Positions 16,774-25,517 of a stretch of 63,306 bases of DNA are shown piece by piece. The DNA comes from an uncultured bacterium. GTDB taxonomy: Bacteria; Fidelibacterota; Marinisomatia; Marinisomatales; CAYXUG01. Made by a program: the position numbers and the translations under genes. The stretch covers positions 1 through 63,306 of the forward strand of contig CAYXUG010000003.1 in NCBI GenBank assembly GCA_964468655.1, in the 5' to 3' direction. Position 1 is the stretch's first letter; each line of letters begins with the position of its first letter. The notes under the pieces are model-generated. The model had not been told where the DNA came from. It did not search any database and saw only the letters and a list, made by a program, of their open reading frames with translations.

Positions 16774-17337
16774 GTGACCAATCTCAAAGAAACTCACCTA
16801 AATTCTACTCATATTTTCAAAGGAAGATTACTGGACGTTTGGTCAGATGAAGTTAAACTTCCCAATGGACATAATTCGGTGAGGGAATATATCAAACATC
16901 CGGGAGCGGTTGTTATAATTCCTGTTTTGCCAAATGGCAGTTTGTTATTGATTAGGCAGTTCCGCTATCCCATGAGTGAGCTAGAAATTGAACTTCCTGC
17001 AGGCAAAATTGATGAGGACGAATCTTTGGATGAAACAGCCAATCGTGAACTTAAAGAAGAAACAGGATACATCTCAAATAAGCTCACTCGACTGGCAGAA
17101 ATTCATCCCTGCATCGGTTACAGCAATGAAAGAATGTGGCTGTATCTAGCGGAAGATTTAACTGAGGTTGGTGCTGAGCCAGATTCCGATGAATTTGTGG
17201 AATTGATGCCTCTGTCATTGGACGAATGTATTGCATTGTTGAAGCGTGGTGAAATTAAAGATACCAAAACAATAGTGGGTCTTTTTTGGGCGGAAAAAAT
17301 TCTGAATGGCAAATGGAGTCCACAGCAGACAAAATAA
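16774..17337 (+). CDS. nudF: NUDIX hydrolase, ADP-ribose pyrophosphatase-like
   Basis: Nudix box: GKIDEDESLDETANRELKEETGY. The N-terminal FKGRLLDVWSDEVKLPNG is typical of ADPRase. Confidence 0.85.
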   Translation: MTNLKETHLNSTHIFKGRLLDVWSDEVKLPNGHNSVREYIKHPGAVVIIPVLPNGSLLLIRQFRYPMSELEIELPAGKIDEDESLDETANRELKEETGYISNKLTRLAEIHPCIGYSNERMWLYLAEDLTEVGAEPDSDEFVELMPLSLDECIALLKRGEIKDTKTIVGLFWAEKILNGKWSPQQTK

Positions 17338-18263
17338 AATTCACTGAATTTATCCGCTCAACCTCTTTGAATTTGGGTTTTGATAAAGTGGGATTTTCAA
17401 AGGCGGGGTCTATTGGTGAAAATGGGAGGAATCTGAAAATCTGGCTTGAAAAAGGATACCAGGGCACCATGAATTGGATGGAAGAACGGTCTAAGGAAAG
17501 GACTGACATCAGAAATTATTTCCCGGGGGCAAAGAGCGTTGTATCATTGGCAATTAATTACTTTCATGGTGAGGCAAAAGGTGAAATGAAATTATCCAAT
17601 TATGCATGGGGAGATGATTACCATAAGGTAATTAAGAATAAATTGTTTGAACTTTTATCAGAAACAAAAAATCAATGGCCGGAAATTCATGGGGTTGTTT
17701 GTGTAGATACGTCACCGGTTATGGAAAAGGTGTGGGCTCAGAAATCAGGGATAGGTTGGATAGGTAAACATACCAATTTGATTACCAGAGATTTGGGTTC
17801 GTGGGTGTTTTTGGGTGAACTGATTTTAGATTGTGATTTGGACTATGACTCCACGTTTGAGGAAGATTTGTGCGGGTCCTGCACTGCTTGTATTGATGCA
17901 TGTCCAACCGATGCAATTGTTGATGACTATCTTCTCGATGCTAATAAATGCATTTCATATCTGACCATTGAACATAGAGGGAATTTACCTGAAGAAATGG
18001 AAGATCAACTTAATGGCTGGATTTACGGTTGTGATATCTGCCAGGAAGTCTGTCCGTGGAACATCAAATTTGGAAAAATCAGCAAAGAAAAGTCCTTTGC
18101 GCCAAGAGAAAAAATATCAAATATGAAACGGGATGATTGGGCATTATTTACAAAAGATGACTATATAGAATTATTTAAAAACAGCGCTGTAAAAAGAGCA
18201 AAATACCGGGGACTCAAAAGAAATATTCAATTAAATACAGATACAGAATTTCCAAAATCATAA
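17313..18263 (+). CDS. queG: tRNA epoxyqueuosine(34) reductase
   Basis: Two ferredoxin-type clusters: CGSCTACIDACPTDAI and CDICQEVCPWN. YAWGDDYH and GIGWIGKHTNLI are typical of QueG. ATG at 17313 preferred over the track start at 17286. Confidence 0.85.
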   Translation: MESTADKIKFTEFIRSTSLNLGFDKVGFSKAGSIGENGRNLKIWLEKGYQGTMNWMEERSKERTDIRNYFPGAKSVVSLAINYFHGEAKGEMKLSNYAWGDDYHKVIKNKLFELLSETKNQWPEIHGVVCVDTSPVMEKVWAQKSGIGWIGKHTNLITRDLGSWVFLGELILDCDLDYDSTFEEDLCGSCTACIDACPTDAIVDDYLLDANKCISYLTIEHRGNLPEEMEDQLNGWIYGCDICQEVCPWNIKFGKISKEKSFAPREKISNMKRDDWALFTKDDYIELFKNSAVKRAKYRGLKRNIQLNTDTEFPKS

Positions 18264-18270
18264 GACTACC

Positions 18271-18582
18271 ATGGAGCTAATTAAAATATCAGATTTGAAT
18301 TCAATTGATGACCACTCAGGGAAGGTTGTAATGGTAGAAGACTCTGTTATTGCGCTATTCAAAATTCAGGATGAATATTTTGCTATTGATAACGTTTGCC
18401 CCCACAGAGGAGGTTCACTTGGTGACGGTGAAGTTACCGGTGTTATTGTCAGCTGTCCTTGGCATGGTTGGGAAATAAACTGCAAAACAGGTGAGGCAGT
18501 GGAAAATCCGAATATAAAGGTTAAACGCTATGAGATAATAAAAAAAGAGGATGGTATTTACATTGAATGGGAAGAGGATTGA
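18271..18582 (+). CDS. small Rieske [2Fe-2S] protein (NirD-like)
   Basis: Rieske ligand motifs CPHRGGSL and CPWHGW in a 103-aa protein. Confidence 0.85.
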   Translation: MELIKISDLNSIDDHSGKVVMVEDSVIALFKIQDEYFAIDNVCPHRGGSLGDGEVTGVIVSCPWHGWEINCKTGEAVENPNIKVKRYEIIKKEDGIYIEWEED

Positions 18583-20052
18583 TCATTTGGGTTCAATATT
18601 CAATTCCTTCAATGCATTTTTCCATTTCTCCAACTTTCCACGCGGTGTGCTTTTCACATTTCTCCATTTATGAACCATTTCCGGCTGATACCTCATTTCA
18701 TTCTCATACAGTCCTGCTGCTGAAAATCCCCAATCATACTGGGCAGCCACCAGTTTAGCCACTCCCACTGCTGTTGCATCTTTTAGCAGAACACCTGTTA
18801 CAGGTGTTCCCAAGATATCAGCAATGAATTGAAGTAGAGCCGGTCTGGCGGAACCACCGGAAGCGAGTATATCTTCAATTTTAATATCAGTATTTTCCTC
18901 GATTATTTCACAAATGTCATGGATGAGAAATCCCACTGATTCCATGGCTGCCCGGAATTTTGCATTTAGACCGGCATTATGGGAAAAATATAAAAAAGCA
19001 GTTTCAAATGATCCAGTCCAGTAAGGTGCTGCAATTCCGTTGTGTCCCGGCACTAAAATTCCTTCTGTTTCATCATGGCACCATTCATCCCAGTGCTTTT
19101 CCGGCTCATCCAGATTTAAGTTGGTTTTCAACCACTGCATCAGTGATGAAACACCATTGATAGTGCCCTCCAATAGAAAAATTCGTTCTTCGTTCGTTGA
19201 ATATAGTACATTGCTTAAAAGAGAAGGAATGATGACAGGTTCTAGCCCACTGTTCACCAGTACAGATCCTGACATACCCAGGTTCAGCCCAACATCACCT
19301 TTATTTTCCCGATGAAGCCCAACCAGTGATGCCTGCTGATCACCCATAACACAAAGGATCGGAAGATTGGATTGGCTGTCAGAAACTGAGCCAAAGTTAG
19401 TACAGGTTGAAACTAATTCGGGTAGTACATCAGGATTAACTTCAAACATATCAAGCAATTGATCGTCCCATGACATTGAATTCAAATTTAACAGAAGTGA
19501 CCTTCCTGCGATGGATTCATCAATGACAGCATTTCCAGTGAGAGCATGGGTGATGTACGAACTGAGTGGTCCGAAAAAGACATCTCCGTTTTTCACTTTG
19601 GATTTTAGATCATCATTGTTGCGAATCGAAAATAGGTATTTGGGTCCTCCGAAATGTGCACTTAGCGGAATCCCTGATTTCTGTTGTATGAATTCCCCCT
19701 CTGATTCAAATTCTTTTACCAGTTCAGTAGCTCTTGTATCCTGCCAGCTGATAGCAGGAGTTAAAGGTTTGGCGACTAATTTATCCCAAAAAAGAAATGT
19801 TGAGCGCTGAAATGCCATACCCATTCCAACCAAATGGAAGGAATTTTCCGCGCAATATTCTTCTGCTCTGTGAATGAGGTTTTTTACAGAATTCAGGATT
19901 TCTTCCGTATCCATCTCCATCCATCCAGGTTTGGGGGAAACAATGCTGTGTGAAATTTTTTCCTTAAAAATGATCTCCAGGTGATTATTAAAGAGGAATG
20001 CCTTTGAAGCGGAGGTTCCCTGATCTATTACCAGAATAGCAGGATTAGGCAT
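18583..20052 (-). CDS. FGGY-family carbohydrate kinase (glycerol-kinase-like)
   Basis: N-terminal ILVIDQGTSASKAFLF. About 490 aa. C-terminal ASGGSARPALLQFIADILGTPV is typical of FGGY kinases. Confidence 0.8.
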   Translation of the reverse strand: MPNPAILVIDQGTSASKAFLFNNHLEIIFKEKISHSIVSPKPGWMEMDTEEILNSVKNLIHRAEEYCAENSFHLVGMGMAFQRSTFLFWDKLVAKPLTPAISWQDTRATELVKEFESEGEFIQQKSGIPLSAHFGGPKYLFSIRNNDDLKSKVKNGDVFFGPLSSYITHALTGNAVIDESIAGRSLLLNLNSMSWDDQLLDMFEVNPDVLPELVSTCTNFGSVSDSQSNLPILCVMGDQQASLVGLHRENKGDVGLNLGMSGSVLVNSGLEPVIIPSLLSNVLYSTNEERIFLLEGTINGVSSLMQWLKTNLNLDEPEKHWDEWCHDETEGILVPGHNGIAAPYWTGSFETAFLYFSHNAGLNAKFRAAMESVGFLIHDICEIIEENTDIKIEDILASGGSARPALLQFIADILGTPVTGVLLKDATAVGVAKLVAAQYDWGFSAAGLYENEMRYQPEMVHKWRNVKSTPRGKLEKWKNALKELNIEPK

Positions 20053-20078
20053 GTTTTATAAATGAGGTTTTTCCGGGA

Positions 20079-20408
20079 TTAGGAAATGGTGATTCCGTAG
20101 GTAGTTTCAAATTCTTCGGTGGGAATCATGCGGATGGCATCCCACGTTAGTTTGGTGCAAACACGGGCGCAGATCTGGCATCCTATACATTCATCAAAAC
20201 GGATTTGAACCGGCGGAATTGGAATGTTGTATTTTTCATCGGGAACCGTTTCAATACAGTCTACAGGGCAGAATGGAACGCAAACCTGGCATCCCGTACA
20301 ACTGTCTTCATCCACAACAGCCATAAGGCGCGGTTTTTTCTTTTTTCGCCCCGCTTCTTCGCTTACTTCGGGAACTGACTTGTAATGGTTGTAAACTTTT
20401 TTTGCCAT
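20079..20408 (-). CDS. 4Fe-4S dicluster ferredoxin-domain protein
   Basis: CTGCQVCVPFCP and CIGCQICARVC motifs. Confidence 0.8.
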   Translation of the reverse strand: MAKKVYNHYKSVPEVSEEAGRKKKKPRLMAVVDEDSCTGCQVCVPFCPVDCIETVPDEKYNIPIPPVQIRFDECIGCQICARVCTKLTWDAIRMIPTEEFETTYGITIS

Positions 20409-20469
20409 AATTCTTTTGGTTTAAGCCAGTAAAGTTAGGTCAGGGTTCAATCAGTTTTCAAGGGAAATC

Positions 20470-21693
20470 CTAAGGTTTATTAGATATCACACTCATCATT
20501 CCTCGATGACTGAATCCTGCTACCCCGCACAATGCTGCCCCAATTCCTATAAAAAGGAAAATGGTGCCAATAGGAACAAATTCTGCAACGGGTCCGATAA
20601 TCCCGGCAGAAAGAGCTGTAAACCCAATTACGGATAAATTGACCATGGAAAAAAGACGCCCTCTCAAATGATCCGGTACCACAGTTTGGATAATTGTGGT
20701 ACGTGAAATGGTGATCATTGGAATACCAATTCCATGGATAAAAAGAAGCAGTTTTGTGCTTGTGTAGGTGTGAATGAAAAAGAGAATGCTGTAGGTCAGT
20801 CCATCAAGAATCATTCCCCAGAAAAGTACCCGGGAAGGATTGATATTTTTACAGAATTTCCAGACAATTAGCGAACCGATAATCATGCCACTAGCCATAA
20901 ATGCTTCAACTGTGGCAAAGGCAGAAAATTCCAGATTCAGAACTTCCCGAACAAAAATGGGTGTTCCTATCATGGCAGGACCCATAATGAAAAGGTTATT
21001 TATTGCTGTGAGTAGAATAAGATAAGCAAGCGGTTTGAATCGGAATAAAAATTGGAGACCTTCTTTGAGTTCGTACACATGTGTGGCTCGTTTTTCATTA
21101 TTTGTAATTGTTTTCCCCGAAGACCGGATGAGAGCGATACAAATCATACTTGCACCGAAACTGACTGCGTCAATGGTGAACAGGTGAAAAAGTCCCACGA
21201 CTGAAACAAGCAAAGCAGCCAAAACCGGCCCCGTGAGATGTGCAAACTGCCCTGAAGTTGAAATGAATGCATTGGCTGATGTTAATTGATTCTTATGCAC
21301 CAGTGAAGGAATTATGGAATCTCGTGCAGGATAAAATAGAGTTCCCGCACTTGCTACAAAAAATGCAATCAGACCGATTATTACAGGTGTTGCTGTACCG
21401 GAAAAAAGAAAGAAAACCAACGATAGAATGAGTCCCATTCTTATAACATCACTGTAAATCATCACTTTTTTTCTGCTGTACCTGTCGGCAAAAACACCTG
21501 CTGGCAGGCTGAATAACAAAGCAGGAAGGTAGACACTAAATGCAATCATTGAGGTTATGGTCTTTGATCCAGTCATCTCGAGAATTAGCCAGGGTAATGC
21601 AATTTGATAAATAGCATCACCTGCATGAGAGATTAGGTGTCCGACCCACAACAGCAGGATTGACACGTTAATTGATTTAATTTTTTCAAACAT
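20470..21693 (-). CDS. MFS transporter
   Basis: 407 aa with about 12 hydrophobic segments. The loop motif GVFADRYSRKKVM is the MFS D-R-x-x-R-R type. Confidence 0.8.
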   Translation of the reverse strand: MFEKIKSINVSILLLWVGHLISHAGDAIYQIALPWLILEMTGSKTITSMIAFSVYLPALLFSLPAGVFADRYSRKKVMIYSDVIRMGLILSLVFFLFSGTATPVIIGLIAFFVASAGTLFYPARDSIIPSLVHKNQLTSANAFISTSGQFAHLTGPVLAALLVSVVGLFHLFTIDAVSFGASMICIALIRSSGKTITNNEKRATHVYELKEGLQFLFRFKPLAYLILLTAINNLFIMGPAMIGTPIFVREVLNLEFSAFATVEAFMASGMIIGSLIVWKFCKNINPSRVLFWGMILDGLTYSILFFIHTYTSTKLLLFIHGIGIPMITISRTTIIQTVVPDHLRGRLFSMVNLSVIGFTALSAGIIGPVAEFVPIGTIFLFIGIGAALCGVAGFSHRGMMSVISNKP

Positions 21694-21864
21694 GAAGGTA
21701 AGAATCTGTGGTATTCCTAAATTATTTCAAAATTAAATCCTTTCGTATAAATAAAATTAGTTAAAATTCTTTCGAATATTTCATAATGGCGGTAAATTAG
21801 TATAGTAATATTTGATAAAGTAGATTTTGTTAACTTACAAAGAACGTTATTTCAGGAGAATCCA

Positions 21865-22170
21865 ATGACATATATCATAGCTGAGCCTTGTGTTGGTGTT
21901 TGCGATACTGCATGTGTTGAAGTCTGTCCGGTTGATTGTATTCATTATACACAGGATGATGCCGGAGAAGAAATTAAGAAGAAATTAGAGGCGGGTGATG
22001 ATATTGAAGGTCTGATGCTTTACATTAATCCGGAAGAATGTATTGACTGTGGAGCGTGTGAACCTGAATGTCCTGTAGAAGCCATTTTTGAAGAAAGTGA
22101 AACGCCGGAGGAATGGCACAAATTTATTGCAATCAACTATGAGCATTTTGGACAAGAAGCGCCAACTTAA
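21865..22170 (+). CDS. fdxA: ferredoxin (FdxA-like, 7Fe/2x[4Fe-4S] type)
   Basis: MTYIIAEPCVGVCDTACVEVCPVDCIH ... CIDCGACEPECPVEAI. SD AGGAG at 21855-21859. Confidence 0.85.
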   Translation: MTYIIAEPCVGVCDTACVEVCPVDCIHYTQDDAGEEIKKKLEAGDDIEGLMLYINPEECIDCGACEPECPVEAIFEESETPEEWHKFIAINYEHFGQEAPT

Positions 22171-22266
22171 TTGCATGTAGAATTCTTTGGGTTCACAAAG
22201 GTCTTTTACCTCATTTTCAATTCAAATAGTACAATTCTTATTCATTTAGACAATTTACTTATTGGT

Positions 22267-22289
22267 TGATTGTTATTCGAAAACAATCA
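22267..22289. promoter_or_regulatory. 8-bp perfect inverted repeat (TGATTGTT-N7-AACAATCA) upstream of mrp/apbC; candidate operator
   Basis: tgattgtt at 22267-22274 and aacaatca at 22282-22289, ending 27 nt before the GTG start at 22317. Function unknown. Confidence 0.25.
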
Positions 22290-22316
22290 TATTAATCTAG
22301 ATAATTCCAACTAGAA

Positions 22317-23489
22317 GTGAGCAGCATCCCTAAAAAAGAAGATATTTTTGATTTATTGAAATCGGTTAATTATCCCGGTTTCACGCGGGATATTGTATCC
22401 TTTGGTATTGTTAATAATGTCCAAACTGAAGGTGATGAAATAATTGTCCAGATTCAAATCACTTCTCTCAAGGAGGAAACGCTCTCCGAAATTGAAAATG
22501 GCATCAGAGAAGTTCTCTTGGAGAATACACCATTTAAAAAAGTTTCTGTTGATGTTCTGCCGCCGGCTACAGGGAGGCAGGTTCAGCAGCCGGGGCAGCA
22601 AGCTGTTCAAACAAATATCCTGCCGGATGTAAAAAGAACCATTGCTGTTGCCAGCGGCAAAGGAGGTGTTGGGAAATCAACTGTGGCAGTAAATCTTGCA
22701 GTCGCACTGGTTCAAAAACAAAAGAAAGTGGGACTTCTTGATTTGGATATCTACGGCCCCAGTCTTCCTATTTTGCTGGGATTTAATGAAATGCCCAAAA
22801 CAACGGAAGATAAAAAACTTGTTCCTCTTGATAAATTCGGAATGAAAGTTATGTCCTTTGGTTTTATCAGCGGAAACAAAGCCCCAGTCATTTGGAGAGG
22901 TCCAATGGTGGCAAGGATGACAGAGCAGTTTTTCAAGGATGTTGTTTGGGGTGAGTTGGATTATTTAATCCTCGACCTGCCGCCAGGAACAGGCGATATT
23001 CAATTAACGCTTGTTCAAAAATTGAAACTGTCCGGTGCGGTGATTGTCACTACTCCTCAGAACCTGGCAGTTTCAGATGTAAGAAAAGGTGCCGACATGT
23101 TCAAAAAAGTGAACACTCCTGTTCTGGGGGTCATTGAAAATATGTCAGGATTTCAGGTTTCCGGTATTGCCAGGGATAAAGAAGGTAATCCGCTGGATAG
23201 TATTAATTTATCATTTGCTGAAATGGATTCATTCAAAGATGTGAAAACGGATTCAGAAGGTTTATTTCGAGTTGGAATTGATTTATTCAAGCGGGGTGGT
23301 GGCTCGAAAGAAAGCACACGGCTAAATGTCCCCCTCCTTGGCGAGATCCCCGTTTCGCAGGAATTAATGACTGCCTGTGATTCCGGAATGCCTTTTGTCA
23401 TTCACGATCCGGATTCAGATGTAAGCAGGATATTTTTCCAAATCGTTGAAAAAATTGAAGAGGGTTTGCTGAACCAATCCAAAAAGTGA
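22317..23489 (+). CDS. apbC: Fe-S cluster carrier ATPase, Mrp/ApbC/NBP35 family, with an N-terminal DUF59-like domain
   Basis: Deviant Walker A: AVASGKGGVGKST. LDLDIYGPS, DLPPGTGD and the VIENMSG pattern are also present. Confidence 0.9.
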   Translation: MSSIPKKEDIFDLLKSVNYPGFTRDIVSFGIVNNVQTEGDEIIVQIQITSLKEETLSEIENGIREVLLENTPFKKVSVDVLPPATGRQVQQPGQQAVQTNILPDVKRTIAVASGKGGVGKSTVAVNLAVALVQKQKKVGLLDLDIYGPSLPILLGFNEMPKTTEDKKLVPLDKFGMKVMSFGFISGNKAPVIWRGPMVARMTEQFFKDVVWGELDYLILDLPPGTGDIQLTLVQKLKLSGAVIVTTPQNLAVSDVRKGADMFKKVNTPVLGVIENMSGFQVSGIARDKEGNPLDSINLSFAEMDSFKDVKTDSEGLFRVGIDLFKRGGGSKESTRLNVPLLGEIPVSQELMTACDSGMPFVIHDPDSDVSRIFFQIVEKIEEGLLNQSKK

Positions 23490-23525
23490 TTTTCACTTTT
23501 TAGCGATGCATAAAATGAGGATGAA

Positions 23526-24299
23526 TTGTTAACCGTTATTTCAATCATAACATTTCTTTTATTTGGCATTCTTTATCCTCTTTTTTTGTGGGTTATTGAT
23601 CTAAAAAATATTGGACATGGATTTTTCCGTTTTAACCTTGGATTAGCCGTAGTTATCAGCAGTATAAGCGTAATTTTTCTATGGCTAATTGAAATGCCGC
23701 TTAATACGAGGATTGCATCATCCTTATGGCTTCTGAGTAGTCTTACCGTTTTGTGGTTTTATTGGGACAGGAAAAACATAAACCTTTGGGTACTAAGTGT
23801 CCCTTCTGTATTTGGAGCGCTTGTATATAGACAGGTTACGAGTGATCTGATATCATCACAATTACCTCTTTTGGGTGCGTCACTTCTTGGCGGGAGTATA
23901 GTGTGCGGTGCATTGTTTTCTATGATATTGGGGCATTGGTATCTTAATGTGGTTAATCTACCCATCAAACTTTTAAAAAAATCAGTTCAATTTCTTTTAA
24001 TAGCCATACTGATCAGAATACTATGGGATATTGGAACTATAGTTGGTGGAACTGTTGAAGTTGGAAATGAAATTGTATCTATTCAACATTTCATTTTTTC
24101 AATTAATGGAATTTTTCTTGTTGTTGGGATAATGTTTGGAATTATTCTACCTATAATATTGTGTTTTATGACTTTGAAAACAATTGCCATTCATTCAACA
24201 CAATCTGCAACCGGATTGCTATATGTCATTGTGATTTCAATTTTAATGGGTGATCTATTTTTCAAATATTATTATTTGCAGTATGGATTGTTTTTGTAG
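23526..24299 (+). CDS. polytopic membrane protein, hypothetical
   Basis: 257 aa, 7-8 hydrophobic segments, TTG start. No motif recognised. Confidence 0.5.
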   Translation: MLTVISIITFLLFGILYPLFLWVIDLKNIGHGFFRFNLGLAVVISSISVIFLWLIEMPLNTRIASSLWLLSSLTVLWFYWDRKNINLWVLSVPSVFGALVYRQVTSDLISSQLPLLGASLLGGSIVCGALFSMILGHWYLNVVNLPIKLLKKSVQFLLIAILIRILWDIGTIVGGTVEVGNEIVSIQHFIFSINGIFLVVGIMFGIILPIILCFMTLKTIAIHSTQSATGLLYVIVISILMGDLFFKYYYLQYGLFL

Positions 24300-24302
24300 A
24301 AG

Positions 24303-24707
24303 ATGATTATTGCAAGAGAATGCGGAGATTGCAGTAAGTATTATAGAATCGATTATAAAAAACAATCCTCTATACAATGCCCCTACTGCAAAAGAGAAAA
24401 GAAGGAATTATCACTGGATAGTAATATTTTTTCTCAATGTATTTTTTGTGCAGGGACGAAATTTTACAGGCAAAAAGATTTCAACCAATTGATTGGTTGT
24501 TTGATTGTTTTAACAGGTGCAATTTTAGTACCCTTTACCTATGGAATAAGTTTACCCATTTTAATATTGGTTGATTGGATTTTGTATTCCAGGGTTGGAA
24601 ATATGGTTGTTTGTTACAAATGTAAAACAGAATTTATAAATACCGGTGTAATACCGGATAGCATAACAAATTTTGATCATCATACAGCAGAATTGTATGA
24701 AACTTGA
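24303..24707 (+). CDS. zinc-ribbon membrane protein, hypothetical
   Basis: Cys pairs CGDC...CPYC, CIFC and CYKC flank one or two TM segments (LIGCLIVLTGAILVPFTYGISLPILILV). Confidence 0.5.
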   Translation: MIIARECGDCSKYYRIDYKKQSSIQCPYCKREKKELSLDSNIFSQCIFCAGTKFYRQKDFNQLIGCLIVLTGAILVPFTYGISLPILILVDWILYSRVGNMVVCYKCKTEFINTGVIPDSITNFDHHTAELYET

Positions 24708-25501
24708 TGGCACAAAGTATTGTTAGTGGCATCAGGGAAGTATACACAATCAAAAAAATGAATGAAAAAGAATTAAAGAATCAGATTCAGTCCAATGGAA
24801 AGATGCCAAAACATATTGCCATCATCATGGACGGCAACGGAAGATGGGCAAAGAGCAGAAATTTATCCAGAATTGAAGGACACAGAGAGGGAATTAATTC
24901 AGTCAGGGAAATCACAAGGGAATGTGGAGAATTAGGCCTGGAATATTTGACGCTTTACACATTTTCCATTGAAAATTGGCGGAGGCCTGTTTTGGAAGTT
25001 TCTGCTTTAATGAATTTACTCGTAGACACAATTCGAAAAGAAATTGACGAATTGATGGGAAATAATGTGAAGTTAAGAATCATTGGACATTTGGATGGAC
25101 TTCCTCAAAAGCCGAGGGAAGAATTAGTTGCCGGAATGGAACGATTATCCAATAATTCCGGTTTAACCCTCATACTTGCGTTGAATTATGGCGGACGAAC
25201 GGAAATTGTCGATGCTGTAAAAGAAATGTGTGTTGATTTAGAAAAAGGTAACATATCAACAAATGATTTATCAGAAGAAAAATTCAGTGAATATCTCTAT
25301 ACAGATGGGATTCCCGAACCGGATCTATTAATCAGGACAAGTGGAGAGTATCGGATTTCTAATTTTTTATTATGGCAGCTTGCGTACTCGGAAATTTATT
25401 TTACCGAAGAATATTGGCCCGTATTTCGTCAAAAACAATTGTATGAAGCAATCCTTGATTATCAGCAGCGAGAGAGGCGTTTCGGAAAGGTGAATGAATA
25501 G
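24707..25501 (+). CDS. uppS: undecaprenyl-diphosphate synthase (cis-isoprenyl transferase)
   Basis: HIAIIMDGNGRWA, SIENWRRP, RTSGEYRISNFLLWQLAYSE. The start could be TTG 24704, ATG 24707 or ATG 24758. Confidence 0.92.
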   Translation: MAQSIVSGIREVYTIKKMNEKELKNQIQSNGKMPKHIAIIMDGNGRWAKSRNLSRIEGHREGINSVREITRECGELGLEYLTLYTFSIENWRRPVLEVSALMNLLVDTIRKEIDELMGNNVKLRIIGHLDGLPQKPREELVAGMERLSNNSGLTLILALNYGGRTEIVDAVKEMCVDLEKGNISTNDLSEEKFSEYLYTDGIPEPDLLIRTSGEYRISNFLLWQLAYSEIYFTEEYWPVFRQKQLYEAILDYQQRERRFGKVNE

Positions 25502-25517
25502 TCCAAGAAAATATTAT

